From contig CAVUCU010000001.1 of the NCBI GenBank assembly GCA_963740085.1, forward strand, positions 1,504,001-1,568,000: DNA of 64,000 bases, written 5' to 3'. The translations under genes and the position numbers were made by a program. The DNA comes from Nitrospirota bacterium (GTDB lineage: Bacteria; Nitrospirota; UBA9217). Below the pieces are notes generated by a model. That model did not search any database. It was not told where the DNA came from and saw only the letters and a list, made by a program, of their open reading frames with translations. Position 1 is the first letter of the stretch; each line of letters opens with the position of its first letter. Positions 34,813 to 45,076 of this stretch are shown here, one piece after another.

Positions 34813-35907
34813 TCATCTCCTGGCTCGCTGGTACTGCACCGGCCAGGGCAGATCAACACCCAGAACGCTCGCCGCTTCGAGCGGCCAGTACGGTTTGCGA
34901 AGCATCTCGCGCGCGAGCATCACCGCATCGGCAAGGCCTGTGGCAATGATCTGCTCGGCCTGGATCGGATCGGTGATGAAGCCGACCGCGCCCGTGGCGA
35001 TCTTCACTTCCTGCCGGATCGCGGTGGCAAACGGGGTCTGGAAGCCGGGGCCCGTGGGAATAACCGTATGGGGCACGGTTCCGCCTCCGGAACAGTCAAT
35101 GAGATCGATGCCGATGGCCTTCAGCTGCCGGCAAAGTTCCATGGACTGCACCAGGTCCCATCCTCCGTCAACCCAGTCAGTGGCGGAGATGCGTACGAAG
35201 ACCGGCAGGTTCCCGGGCCAGACGTCTCTCACCGCGCGGGCAATACTCAGGGGAAATCGCATGCGGTTCTCCAAACTCCCGCCGTATTCGTCCTTCCTGC
35301 GGTTCGTGAGTGGAGACAGGAACTCGTGCAGCAGGTAGCCGTGCGCCATGTGGATCTCCAGGACCTGAAAACCGGCGGCATATGCACGCCGGGCCCCGTC
35401 AACAAACTGCGTGTGAATGGTCTCAAGATCTTCCCCCGTCGCCTCGCGGGGCACGGGGTGGCCCGGAGCAAAGGGAATCGGGCTCGGCGCGATCGGTTGC
35501 CAGCCGCGATGCGACGGCGCCAGCGGCCCTCCTCCCAGCCACGGGAGATCAGTGGAAGCCTTTCGCCCGGCATGGGCAAGTTGAATTCCTGCGGCGGCGC
35601 CCTGCTCGCGGATAAACCGGGCGCTCGGCGCAAACGCCGTGGCGTGGGCATCGCTCCATATGCCGCTGTCGTCGGGGCTGATCCTGCCTTGCGGACTCAC
35701 CGCGGTCGCCTCGACCATGACCAGACCTGCGCCGCCTACGGCGCGGCTTCCCAAATGGACGAGGTGCCAGCTGGTAGGCAGACCGTCGCGGCTCGAATAC
35801 TGGCACATGGGAGAAACGAAGATCCGGTTCCGGAAGGTAAGGTCACGCAATTTCAGCGTTGAGAACAGACGACTGATCAAGAGCTCCTCCTCGGGAGGAA
35901 GCACCAT
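34813..35907 (-). CDS. NADH:flavin oxidoreductase (old yellow enzyme, YqjM-like)
   Basis: SPMCQYS, QLAHAGRKAS, HMAHGYLLHEFLSP; start uncertain. Confidence 0.92.
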   Translation of the reverse strand: MVLPPEEELLISRLFSTLKLRDLTFRNRIFVSPMCQYSSRDGLPTSWHLVHLGSRAVGGAGLVMVEATAVSPQGRISPDDSGIWSDAHATAFAPSARFIREQGAAAGIQLAHAGRKASTDLPWLGGGPLAPSHRGWQPIAPSPIPFAPGHPVPREATGEDLETIHTQFVDGARRAYAAGFQVLEIHMAHGYLLHEFLSPLTNRRKDEYGGSLENRMRFPLSIARAVRDVWPGNLPVFVRISATDWVDGGWDLVQSMELCRQLKAIGIDLIDCSGGGTVPHTVIPTGPGFQTPFATAIRQEVKIATGAVGFITDPIQAEQIIATGLADAVMLAREMLRKPYWPLEAASVLGVDLPWPVQYQRARR

Positions 35908-36017
35908 GGTATAGTACGGTTCAGCAGCATGCTCGGGGCAAGGATATTTCCGATGAACAAAGCCGCACCTTTCAAATCCGATATGTTGGTGTCCCGTCTT
36001 ATTGCTTCTGCGGCCGG

Positions 36018-36443
36018 TTATAGGAGCTTTGCCTGAAGCTTGATCTCCACGCCTGCCAGGGCCATGGACACGGGGCAGCCTTTTTTGGCGGCATCGGCCT
36101 TCTCCCGGAACGTCTTCTCGTCAATCCCCGGCACCTTGCCTTCGGTCTCCAGTTCAATTGTCGTGATCTTGAACCCCTCACCGACCTTATCGATGTGCAC
36201 CCGCGCGACCGTGTGTATGCGCTCTGCGGTATATCCTGCCGTCTCAAGGACCAGGGACAGCGCCATGGAGAAACATCCGGCATGGGCGGCTCCGATCAGC
36301 TCTTCGGGATTCGTTCCCTGCCCCTGCTCGAAACGGGACGCGGCGGAATAGCTGCCCTCATAGGCCCCGCTGCCGAACTTCATGCTCCCTTTTCCTTTTT
36401 TGAAGTTTCCTTCCCAAACTGCCTCTGCTTTGCGAACTGGCAT
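36018..36443 (-). CDS. osmC: Peroxiredoxin OsmC
   Basis: GTNPEELIGAAHAGCFSMAL, CPVS. Confidence 0.94.
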   Translation of the reverse strand: MPVRKAEAVWEGNFKKGKGSMKFGSGAYEGSYSAASRFEQGQGTNPEELIGAAHAGCFSMALSLVLETAGYTAERIHTVARVHIDKVGEGFKITTIELETEGKVPGIDEKTFREKADAAKKGCPVSMALAGVEIKLQAKLL

Positions 36444-36639
36444 AACGCGCCTCCTTACGATTCTTTAATTTTCTATTAGTATAGCACCAGTGAGAAGGAA
36501 CCGTATTGAAAGAGAGTGCCCTTATTACAGCTGGGGTGTTACTCAGAGTTCGGACCTATTGTCATGCATCATCCTCTCTGTATTCCTTTGGTTTGCAATC
36601 ACGCAACTCTTATGATACTGTTAGAGACAAGGAAGGGTC

Positions 36640-37197
36640 ATGACCAATAAATCCGTTCTCATTATCGCCGCATCCACCTTGTTCTGTTCCTGCCTTTCGG
36701 CAACGCATGCCCCCTTGTCCCCCCTCGAGGTCGTATCACACGTGGAGCTTTCGCGTTATACAGGAACTTGGTATGAGATCGCGCGCTACCCGAACAGTTT
36801 TCAAAAGGACTGCATTCATTCCAACGCAGTGTATAAGCTCACGGCAGACGGCTCGGTCAGCGTGTTGAACTCATGCCAGAAAAAAGGTGTAATGAAAACC
36901 GCGGAGGGGAAGGCGCGCGTCGTTGACCCGATTACGAATGCAAAGCTGAAGGTGTCTTTTTTCTGGCCTTTCTGGGGCGACTACTGGATCATAGACCTTG
37001 GGGAAGACTATGACTACGCCGTTGTCTCCGAACCAAGAAGGAAATACCTCTGGATACTCGCCCGAGATCCCCAGATAGATGACCGACTGTATGCGGAAAT
37101 ACTTCAACGGCTCCGAGAAAAAGGTTTCGACCCCCGCCTGTTGATAAAGAACCCCGTGCCCCTCGGGTTCACTAACGGCGTTCAAGAGCATGAATAG
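36640..37197 (+). CDS. blc: Bacterial lipocalin
   Basis: RYTGTWYEIAR, FFWPFWGDYWI, YLWILAR. Confidence 0.9.
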   Translation: MTNKSVLIIAASTLFCSCLSATHAPLSPLEVVSHVELSRYTGTWYEIARYPNSFQKDCIHSNAVYKLTADGSVSVLNSCQKKGVMKTAEGKARVVDPITNAKLKVSFFWPFWGDYWIIDLGEDYDYAVVSEPRRKYLWILARDPQIDDRLYAEILQRLREKGFDPRLLIKNPVPLGFTNGVQEHE

Positions 37198-38143
37198 CGA
37201 AAAGATCAAACTCGGCATCAGCTCCTGCCTTCTTGGTGAAAAGGTCCGCTACGACGGCGGCCACAAGCTTGACCACTTTCTGACCGATACCCTTGGCGCG
37301 TACGTTGACTGGGTGCCGGTCTGCCCCGAAGTCGAGAGCGGCCTGTCGGTGCCGCGCGAGGCCATGCATCTCGTCGGCGATCCCGAGGCCCCGCGCCTCG
37401 TGACCATCCGAAGCGGCGTGGACCATACCAGCCTCATGCGCCGATGGGCGAACAAAACGGTCAAGCTTCTCGCTGCCGAGGACCTCTGCGGCTTTGTGTT
37501 CAAAAGCAGGTCCCCCAGCTCGGGCATGCGCGGCGTTAAGATCTACTCGCCGGAAGGCAGGCCTGTCAGCACAGGATCCGGCCTTTTCGCGAAGGCATTT
37601 CAGGACCGCTTCCCTCTGTTGCCGGTTGAGGACGAAGGCAGGCTCCACGATCCGGCACTCCGGGAAAACTTTATCGAACGGATCTTCGTGTATAAACGTT
37701 GGCAGGAATGCAGTTCATTGGACAAAACGATCGGTGGCCTGGTCTTGTTCCACACCTCCCATAAGCTTTTGATCATGGCACACAGCCCCAGGCACTACTC
37801 TGCCCTGGGCAAGCTCGTAGCGGACCCAAAGAAATACCGGCGTGAAGAACTGTTCGAGCGGTATGTGACAACACTGATGGAAGGTCTTCAGTTCCTTGCC
37901 ACGGTCAAAAAGAACACGAACGTGCTCCAGCATATGGCGGGATACTTCAAACAAGTGCTTTCGACGGATGAGAAGCAGGAGCTGCAGAACGTGATCGACA
38001 ATTACCACCAGGGGGTGGTGCCTCTCATCGTCCCGATGACCCTGCTGCAGCATTATGTCCGCAAATATAACGAGAGATATCTCAAACAACAGGCCTACCT
38101 GAACCCCCATCCCCTGGAGCTGATGCTCCGGAACCACGTATAG
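37190..38143 (+). CDS. DUF523/DUF1722 (YbgA-family) protein
   Basis: GISSCLLGEKVRYDGGH, CPEVE, SPSSG, EDEGRL, YLNPHP. Confidence 0.9.
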   Translation: MNSEKIKLGISSCLLGEKVRYDGGHKLDHFLTDTLGAYVDWVPVCPEVESGLSVPREAMHLVGDPEAPRLVTIRSGVDHTSLMRRWANKTVKLLAAEDLCGFVFKSRSPSSGMRGVKIYSPEGRPVSTGSGLFAKAFQDRFPLLPVEDEGRLHDPALRENFIERIFVYKRWQECSSLDKTIGGLVLFHTSHKLLIMAHSPRHYSALGKLVADPKKYRREELFERYVTTLMEGLQFLATVKKNTNVLQHMAGYFKQVLSTDEKQELQNVIDNYHQGVVPLIVPMTLLQHYVRKYNERYLKQQAYLNPHPLELMLRNHV

Positions 38144-38242
38144 GCGCCACGGGATGCGGACACCGAACAGCATCTCTGACTGCCCTCCGCGCCTATTGGG
38201 TGGCAAAATTAGCGAACGCGATCAGCGCGAGAGGTTTGAACA

Positions 38243-38914
38243 ATGAAGGTCATTCTTTTTGGTGCTACCGGTATGGTCGGACAGGGCGTTCTGCGAGAGT
38301 GTTTTCTAAGCCCCGATGTCCAGCTGATGCAAACGATCGGGAGAAGTGCCACCGGCAGAGAACATCAGAAGCTCCGCGAGATCGTCCTCCAGAATCTGTT
38401 CGATTTTTCGGACATGGCGGCTGATCTCACGGGTTTCGACGCCTGCTTCTTCTGTCTGGGCGTTTCGTCAGCAGGCATGAAGGAGGACGATTATGAACGG
38501 GTGACGTATGGGATCACCCTTGCGGCGGCAAAGACCCTGGTGCAGCTCAATCCTGAAATGACGTTCATCTATGTATCGGGCATGGGAACAGACAGCACCG
38601 AGAAAGGCCGTATCATGTGGGCGAGGGTGAAAGGAAAAACCGAAAATGCCCTGCTACGCCTCCCCTTCAAGGCGGTATACCTGTTCCGCCCCGGATTCAT
38701 TCAGCCTCTCCATGGCACCAGGTCGAAAACAACGCTCTACCGTATGCTGTACGCGATCTCCGCACCTCTCTTTCCCTTGTTGAATGCGATCTTCCCGCAC
38801 TCTCTGACAACCACCGAGAAGATAGGACGCGCAATGATAAATGTCTCGACGCGCGGCTACCCGAAGCAAATACTCGAAACCCAGGATATCAACAAGGCCG
38901 CAACCGACCGTTAA
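38243..38914 (+). CDS. NAD(P)-binding epimerase/SDR-like protein
   Basis: GATGMVG Rossmann motif, FDACFFCLGVSS, WARVKGKTEN. Confidence 0.88.
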   Translation: MKVILFGATGMVGQGVLRECFLSPDVQLMQTIGRSATGREHQKLREIVLQNLFDFSDMAADLTGFDACFFCLGVSSAGMKEDDYERVTYGITLAAAKTLVQLNPEMTFIYVSGMGTDSTEKGRIMWARVKGKTENALLRLPFKAVYLFRPGFIQPLHGTRSKTTLYRMLYAISAPLFPLLNAIFPHSLTTTEKIGRAMINVSTRGYPKQILETQDINKAATDR

Positions 38915-39228
38915 AGGATGACGAGGTTTCCCCATACAATCGGGCGTCTGGTCAAGTTCGCGAGGTAACTGCAAATCGCAATTCCTGAATGGGAGAGAGG
39001 CTGATTTCGTTTACGATTCAGCCCCTCATTTATTTATTCTGGCTCCCTCGGAAACTCATTCATCATGATCCGGAAAACGTGCGCCTCTGGCCGGAGTGCG
39101 TCTACGCGGCGCACAATAGAAAAATCGGGACCCGGATAGCATGGGTCCCCATTGTGCGTTCAATCGTAATTATTCTTAGACCGACGGTCGGACCAAACGC
39201 CGGTTCGATGATTCCCTGTTACACACGG

Positions 39229-40662
39229 TCAGGGAAGTGTTGCCAGGAAATTCGCGTAATTTTCGACAGTCGTTCCCTGTGCGAGCACCGCGCCCTGGCC
39301 CGTCATCCCGTAGACCGTCGAATACCAGTCGAAAGCGCTTCTCCCTTGAATATTATAAGTTGAACGTATATGGTCGTCCAAAAGAACTGTGCTATTCACT
39401 ATGAGATTATGGCAGGCAGTGCAGGTCTTTGTTACCTGGGCCAACGTTAGCGTCGACGGCGGTGGCGTGTAGTCGCTGCAGGACTGCAAAAGGACCGGCG
39501 TCCCAATGCATCCGGAGGGGGCTGTGGTCAGCACCGTCCGGGTCTGCATGTACAACCAGCAGGCACCCCAGTCACTATAGGTATAGATGCAGGCTTGAGG
39601 AGGAGTATATGTGCAAGCCTGGGAGACAACCGGCGTTCCGATGCAGCCGCTCGGAGCAGTTGTAAGCACGTCTCTGGTCTGTGTGTTGTTCGACTGACAG
39701 GCGCCCCACTCATCATAGGTGTATGAACAGGTGGTTGGTGATGGTGGTGGTGGTGGTGGTGATGATGGTGTCGGCGCTGATGTCAACACAGTCGCAATTG
39801 CCTGGATCTGTAATGCGAAGAGGTTCGAGAGAGAGGTCATCGTGCCCACACTCCTGATCGCCGCCTGGATCGCGGCTGCTGTTGCTCCGCCCACGGTGCT
39901 CGCGTCAAGCGGACCGTGGCAAAGACTGCAATTGCTGGTATAGAGCGCCGTTCCATCGACTGCTCCCGTCCCGCCGGGCATGTTATCAGCATTGAACGTC
40001 CCGGAGGCGATGTCGCTCATCGGGCTAGTGAAGATCACGGCCCCGGTCTGTCTGTTCGTCACAACCACCGAGCCGTTGGATGCGGTGATCTGCACGTCGT
40101 CGAACATGGCATCAAGCCCCGTGTGGTCGGCATTATAAACGTCGGTGACCGGGTTTGCAGCTGTTCCGTAACGCTCAAGGAGAGGCGCCAGCTCGCTGCG
40201 CAGGCTGTCCGAGATAGTTGCTTGTTTGGAGGCTATTTGATCAAATATATTCGGGTCCGGATTGTTGAAAAGTGCAGCGAGATCGAAAACTCCGCTGGAT
40301 GCGGCAAATACTGCATTCGAGAATGGATTGATATTCGCAGTGCCCGATCCGTTCGCAAACGAGTACAACTGATTCGTGCCTGAGCTATCCGTCCACGAAA
40401 CCGAAAGCATGAATGGTTGCGTGAGCCCGCTCGTATGGAACGAAAACGACCCATTCGCAGCTGAACTCGTCGTTATCACCCGGGAAGGGACAGCGGCGTC
40501 TTTCAGCGTAACCACCCCGGAAAGAGGAGCTCCGGAGGCCGCAACGCCCTGAATTGTCTGCGACGAATTGATCTGCGATTCAGAGTGGCCGCTGCAGCCG
40601 CTCAGCACCAGAATAAGCACTGCCACGCCTGCCATGTTCATTGTGAAAGATCTTTTTCTCAT
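39229..40662 (-). CDS. Diheme cytochrome c lipoprotein with poly-Pro linker and two Cys/Trp repeats
   Basis: Lipobox LSGC; CSLCH and CTACH; SPPPPPPSP; AGGAG RBS before ATG 40662. Confidence 0.8.
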   Translation of the reverse strand: MRKRSFTMNMAGVAVLILVLSGCSGHSESQINSSQTIQGVAASGAPLSGVVTLKDAAVPSRVITTSSAANGSFSFHTSGLTQPFMLSVSWTDSSGTNQLYSFANGSGTANINPFSNAVFAASSGVFDLAALFNNPDPNIFDQIASKQATISDSLRSELAPLLERYGTAANPVTDVYNADHTGLDAMFDDVQITASNGSVVVTNRQTGAVIFTSPMSDIASGTFNADNMPGGTGAVDGTALYTSNCSLCHGPLDASTVGGATAAAIQAAIRSVGTMTSLSNLFALQIQAIATVLTSAPTPSSPPPPPPSPTTCSYTYDEWGACQSNNTQTRDVLTTAPSGCIGTPVVSQACTYTPPQACIYTYSDWGACWLYMQTRTVLTTAPSGCIGTPVLLQSCSDYTPPPSTLTLAQVTKTCTACHNLIVNSTVLLDDHIRSTYNIQGRSAFDWYSTVYGMTGQGAVLAQGTTVENYANFLATLP

Positions 40663-40993
40663 GATTCTTTTCTCCTGATAATTTCGCCCAACCTTTTTGC
40701 AGAACATCTACAGGAAGCATCAGCCTAATCGCCGAATGCCGTTTGTTAAAATAAAGAAGAATGCTTATAATTTACATCAGTGGGTAGGCGAATTCAACAG
40801 CGAAGTGCTTGCGGGAAAAGGATAAAAAGAGAGGGTTGCCTTTAGGATGTGTTCCGGTCTGCAGCGGATCTATCACCTCATTTGTCCTGAATCATGGGAT
40901 GTCGTATATATCAAACATACTGCATGCGGTTCCGTTCGATCGTGTACACCCACCAGGTTTGCAGTGTGCCTCCTCACTATAGCCTGTACAGAG

Positions 40994-41021
40994 AAAAGCC
41001 CTCAACAGGTGAGGGCTTTTT
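40994..41021. terminator. Intrinsic terminator after tRNA-Asn
   Basis: aaaagccctca-acagg-tgagggctttt. Confidence 0.8.
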
Positions 41022-41027
41022 AATTTC

Positions 41028-41103
41028 TGGCTCCCGGAGCAGGACTCGAACCTGCGGCATGGTGGTTAACAGCCACCCGCTCTACCAGCTGAGCTATCCG
41101 GGA
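41028..41103 (-). tRNA. tRNA-Asn(GTT)
   Basis: TCCCGGATAGCTCAG...GGCTGTTAACC...GGTTCGAG...GCCA. Confidence 0.96.
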
Positions 41104-41191
41104 ATGATCGATATTGGGTAGGAAATCAGGCTGGAAAAATACCACATTAAGCCTGTCCTGTCAATGGATTCTTTCGTGCGAGGCCTTGTTT

Positions 41192-41788
41192 CTAGCCGCC
41201 GTCCTGGCTCTTCTTGAGCTCCATGATCACGAGCTTTGCAATCGCCTTCAGCGTGTCGAAAACACCGGTCCCGTCCACGGCACAGGCTTCGAAGTCCGGA
41301 AGACCCCGAGGGTTAAGCGCTTTTTTCATTTCTTCGAGCGGTACGACATTCGGCAGGTCCCGTTTGTTATACTGAATGACATAGGGAACTTTGTCCAGGT
41401 TATAGCCCTGCTCCGTCATGTTCAGGCGCAGGTTCTCGACGCTCTCGATATTCGCCTCCATGCGCTCGATCTGCGAGTCGGCCACGAACACAACGCCGTC
41501 CACACCCTTGAGGATCAGCTTCCGGCTCGCGTCGTAGAATACCTGGCCGGGCACGGTGTAGAGATGGAACCGTGTCTTGAAACCGCGGATCTCGCCCAGG
41601 GCGAGCGGGAGGAAATCGAAGAACAGCGTCCGCTCGGTCTCGGTAGCGAGCGAGATCATCTTCCCCTTGCTGTCGGGGTTCGTCTTCTTATAGATCCACT
41701 GCAGATTGGTCGTCTTCCCGCACAGGCCGGGGCCGTAGAAAACGATTTTGCAGTTGATCTCTCTCGACGAATAATTAATAAAAGACAT
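41192..41788 (-). CDS. mglA: MglA small GTPase
   Basis: [33 protein letters not shown]. Confidence 0.96.
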   Translation of the reverse strand: MSFINYSSREINCKIVFYGPGLCGKTTNLQWIYKKTNPDSKGKMISLATETERTLFFDFLPLALGEIRGFKTRFHLYTVPGQVFYDASRKLILKGVDGVVFVADSQIERMEANIESVENLRLNMTEQGYNLDKVPYVIQYNKRDLPNVVPLEEMKKALNPRGLPDFEACAVDGTGVFDTLKAIAKLVIMELKKSQDGG

Positions 41789-41838
41789 GGGACGGTAATT
41801 CCTCTCCTGAATACGCTCGGGGAATATGCGAGGTTGGT

Positions 41839-42333
41839 TTACCCGAAGAGTTTGTCAATATCTTCGTCGGTGATCTCCGCGAAGGGAGAATCAGCTGCTT
41901 TGCCTGAACCTTTTTCCGTTTCCACTTTTAGAAGGAGTTGACCGAATATTTTTCCCAGGATCTCGGAGCTCTTCTTGACCCGGAGCCGAACAAGACCGAG
42001 GGATGACCGCTGGTCGAAGATCACCACCAGGATGACCCTCTGGCCGATGATGGAGATATGAATATTGTCCCGCGCACCTTCATGGAAAAGAATGGAGAAC
42101 TCCTTCTCGCCGAGAAGCTTTGCCATGCCGCCGGTTGCCGCTATGTTTCCGGCGGTAAGTGATGCGAGCGACGTGGTATCCAGGTTTTCGGTCTCGCCCG
42201 TGGCTGCTATCAGCTGGCCGTTCTTATCAACGAGGAACACAACCTTGGCATTTGCCTGGGCGATGAGGCGATGGAGTTCTGCGTCGATCAGCTTAAACTC
42301 TTCGTCGTACATCACCAAGTCTTGACCCAGCAT
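41839..42333 (-). CDS. mglB: MglB roadblock/LC7 GAP
   Basis: [37 protein letters not shown]; GAGGAG RBS before ATG 42333. Confidence 0.95.
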   Translation of the reverse strand: MLGQDLVMYDEEFKLIDAELHRLIAQANAKVVFLVDKNGQLIAATGETENLDTTSLASLTAGNIAATGGMAKLLGEKEFSILFHEGARDNIHISIIGQRVILVVIFDQRSSLGLVRLRVKKSSEILGKIFGQLLLKVETEKGSGKAADSPFAEITDEDIDKLFG

Positions 42334-42500
42334 ATCCGCATCTCCTCGACAATAGTGCTGCCCCGCCTGCAAACGACGCACGTAAAACCATTAAACCATA
42401 CTCATGCCCAGATTTCAAGCGTTTTTTTGGCCGAACAGAAAGTAAAATAGCCGGGTGTGCATCTCCCCGGCTCCGATCTTTACGCTGAACAATATAATCG

Positions 42501-43457
42501 TCAGCTCTTGGACATATCCTGGAGCTTCTTAAGGCTCTCCCAGTCATCGTCAACAATCTTTTGGAACTTTGCGAGCAATGCCTCGTTCCCCGGCGCGAAC
42601 AGGTGCTTGAACCTGCCCTGGGGCTTGAGCCACTCGGAAATCGGCTTTTTCCTGTCCTTTGGGTCGTAGTTGATGGTCCATTTTCCGTCCTGGACTTCGT
42701 ACAGCGGCCAGTAGCAGGTCTCGACCGCAAGCCGCGAGAGCAGGATCGAATCGTTCGTCTGGGAACGCCAGCCGCGGTTGCACGGAGAGACAATGCCCAT
42801 GTAAGCCGGTCCGTTCGTGGCAAGCGCCTTTTTAACCTTGGTCATGAGATCTTTCCAGTTGTGGGGAGAGGCCTGGGCCGCATAGGAGACATTGTGCGCC
42901 GCCATGATGCGGGTAAGGTCCTTGCGCCGCTGAGTTTTGCCCTTGACCTGGGAGCCCACTGGTTGAGTCGTCGTGTCCGCGCAAAAGGGCGTGGCGCTCG
43001 ACCGCTGAATGCCTGTGTTCATATACGCGCCGTTATCGTAGCAGATGTAGAGCAACTGGTGACCGCGCTCCATGGCGCCTGAAAGAGCCTGGAACCCGAT
43101 ATCATAGGTGCCGCCGTCGCCGCCGAAGGCGATGAACTTCATCTCCTTCTTGAGCTTCCCCTGCTTCCGGAGCGACCGGTACATGGTCTCGATGCCGGAG
43201 GCCGTGGCAGCCGCATTCTCAAAAGCACTGTGCATCCATGGCACCTGCCAGGCAGTGAAGGGAAAGAGGCATGTTGAGACCTCAAGACAGCCTGTTGCGT
43301 TCGCGATCACCACTGGCTCGTCGATGGCCATGAGGACCTGGCGCACGACGGTCGGCGCGCCGCAGCCCGAGCACATGCGGTGCCCGCCGGTAAGGTGAAC
43401 CGGCTTGTGAGTAAGGGATTTCAGGGTCAGGGGTTTTTCTTGCGTGGGTGCGCTCAT
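42501..43457 (-). CDS. porB: Pyruvate/2-oxoacid:ferredoxin oxidoreductase beta subunit
   Basis: GHRMCSGCG, GGDGGTYDIG, YMNTGIQRS. Confidence 0.92.
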   Translation of the reverse strand: MSAPTQEKPLTLKSLTHKPVHLTGGHRMCSGCGAPTVVRQVLMAIDEPVVIANATGCLEVSTCLFPFTAWQVPWMHSAFENAAATASGIETMYRSLRKQGKLKKEMKFIAFGGDGGTYDIGFQALSGAMERGHQLLYICYDNGAYMNTGIQRSSATPFCADTTTQPVGSQVKGKTQRRKDLTRIMAAHNVSYAAQASPHNWKDLMTKVKKALATNGPAYMGIVSPCNRGWRSQTNDSILLSRLAVETCYWPLYEVQDGKWTINYDPKDRKKPISEWLKPQGRFKHLFAPGNEALLAKFQKIVDDDWESLKKLQDMSKS

Positions 43458-43476
43458 AAGCTCTCCTTTGGAGAGA

Positions 43477-43589
43477 AATCCTAAATTATAATATCTAAAT
43501 CCGAAACGATCTCAAATGTCAAATGTTTGAAATTTGTGATCTGGTGATCCGATATTATTTCGTATTCAGGATTTCGAGTTTAGAATTTG
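43477..43589. repeat. Inverted tandem heptamer element (AAATCC-type)
   Basis: aaatcct aaattat aatatct aaatccg aaac ... tattcag gatttcg agtttag aattt. Confidence 0.88.
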
Positions 43590-43590
43590 T

Positions 43591-44781
43591 TCAGTTCCTC
43601 ACCGTGATGTATTCTTTGATCATCTTGACCTTGCCGGTCTTAGCAACTTCGATGGTCTCGTCGATCACCCGGTCCACGTCGAGCGGCATCAGGTCCCTGC
43701 CGCCGAGCCCGTATATCTTGTTGAACATCCGCGGTCCCTGGCCAAAGGGGTACACTGCCGATGCGATCTCCATGAAGAGCGGTCCGTAGCCGCCGAAGGA
43801 ATCCGCCCGGTCCATGACGCAGACGGCCTTTGCGTTCTTGAGCGCGGCGCCAACTTCCGCTGACGGGAAAGGCCTGAACATGCGCGGCTTCAGCAATCCA
43901 GCCTTCACGCCTTTTTCCCGATAATGATCAACCTCATCCTTGATCGTTCCCGCGGCGGAGTTAAGCGCCACGAGGACGACCTCGGCATCTTCAAGCCGGT
44001 ACGATTCGAACAGCTCATACGTGCGGCCGAAAAGCTTGGCGAACTCATGAGACACATCCTGAATTACCTTCTTTGCATTCACCATGGCCTCATGCTGAGC
44101 GCGCTTGTGCTCCATGTAATAATCCGTAAGCACCAATGCGCCGATGCTCTTGGGATTGTCAACATCCAGAAGCGGGTCGATCGCGATGTAGTCGCCTGCA
44201 AACTTTTTTACTTCCTCATCAGGAATGAACTTCATGCTCTCGATCGAATGGCTGGTGATAAAGCCGTCCATGCAGACCATGATCGGCAGCCGCACGTCCT
44301 TGTGCTCGGCAATGCGGTAAGCCATGATCGTGTTATCGTAAGCCTCCTGGGCGGTCTCGGAGTAGAGCTGGATCCATCCTGTATCGCGGGCGCCCATGCC
44401 GTCGGAGTGGTCGCAGTGTATATTGAGGGGGGCGGACAGCGCCCGGTTCACGAGCGCCATCAGTATCGGCAACCGGTAGCCCGCAGCGATATGGAGCATT
44501 TCCCACATGAGTGCCATTCCCTGAGAGCTGGTGGCCGTTGCTACGCGTCCACCCGCGGCCGCGGCGCCGATGCAGGCGCTCATGGCGCTGTGCTCGCTCT
44601 CAACAAGGATCGTCTCGGTGTCCACCTGGCCGTTCGATACGAACGACGTGAACGATTCCATGATGCCCGTCGACGGAGTAATGGGATACGCGGGCATCAC
44701 ATCAGGATTCAACTGGCGAAGCGCCTCGGCAACGGCCTGGTTGCCGGTGACCGCCACGGTCTTTGTCGTTGTCACGCCCAT
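43591..44781 (-). CDS. porA: Pyruvate/2-oxoacid:ferredoxin oxidoreductase alpha subunit
   Basis: AYPITPST, VESEHSAMS, TATSSQG, YGLGGRD. Confidence 0.92.
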   Translation of the reverse strand: MGVTTTKTVAVTGNQAVAEALRQLNPDVMPAYPITPSTGIMESFTSFVSNGQVDTETILVESEHSAMSACIGAAAAGGRVATATSSQGMALMWEMLHIAAGYRLPILMALVNRALSAPLNIHCDHSDGMGARDTGWIQLYSETAQEAYDNTIMAYRIAEHKDVRLPIMVCMDGFITSHSIESMKFIPDEEVKKFAGDYIAIDPLLDVDNPKSIGALVLTDYYMEHKRAQHEAMVNAKKVIQDVSHEFAKLFGRTYELFESYRLEDAEVVLVALNSAAGTIKDEVDHYREKGVKAGLLKPRMFRPFPSAEVGAALKNAKAVCVMDRADSFGGYGPLFMEIASAVYPFGQGPRMFNKIYGLGGRDLMPLDVDRVIDETIEVAKTGKVKMIKEYITVRN

Positions 44782-44782
44782 C

Positions 44783-45076
44783 TTATTTTCCCTCCTCTTC
44801 CATGACAATGGCCTTGTTGCCCTTTTTGCCGGGGCACTCCATAGCGCATACGCCGCAGCCCTTGCAGTGGTCGTAATCGAAACCAGCCATTTTTTCATCC
44901 TTCGTCAACACGGCTGAATCGGGACAATAGATCCAGCAAAACAGGCACTGAATGCAGTTCTCCTCGATCCAGCGCGGCTTGAGCGATCGCCACGATCCGG
45001 TCTTGTATTCATTCGCATTGCCGGCCTTCAGCACCGTGCCGGCATGAGGCAGTTCTTTCCAGTTCAGCTGTTTCAT
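44783..45076 (-). CDS. porD: Pyruvate/2-oxoacid:ferredoxin oxidoreductase delta (ferredoxin) subunit
   Basis: TGSWR, CIQCLFCWIYCPD, CKGCGVCAMECP. Confidence 0.92.
   Translation of the reverse strand: MKQLNWKELPHAGTVLKAGNANEYKTGSWRSLKPRWIEENCIQCLFCWIYCPDSAVLTKDEKMAGFDYDHCKGCGVCAMECPGKKGNKAIVMEEEGK

Noticed and set aside
40663-40990. Cyclic-dinucleotide riboswitch upstream of the cytochrome gene
   Set aside because: I could not find the GEMM consensus motifs by eye; an Rfam search would settle it.
31550-41030. Prophage or intact integrative element at tRNA-Asn
   Set aside because: No integrase, transposase or phage genes are visible.
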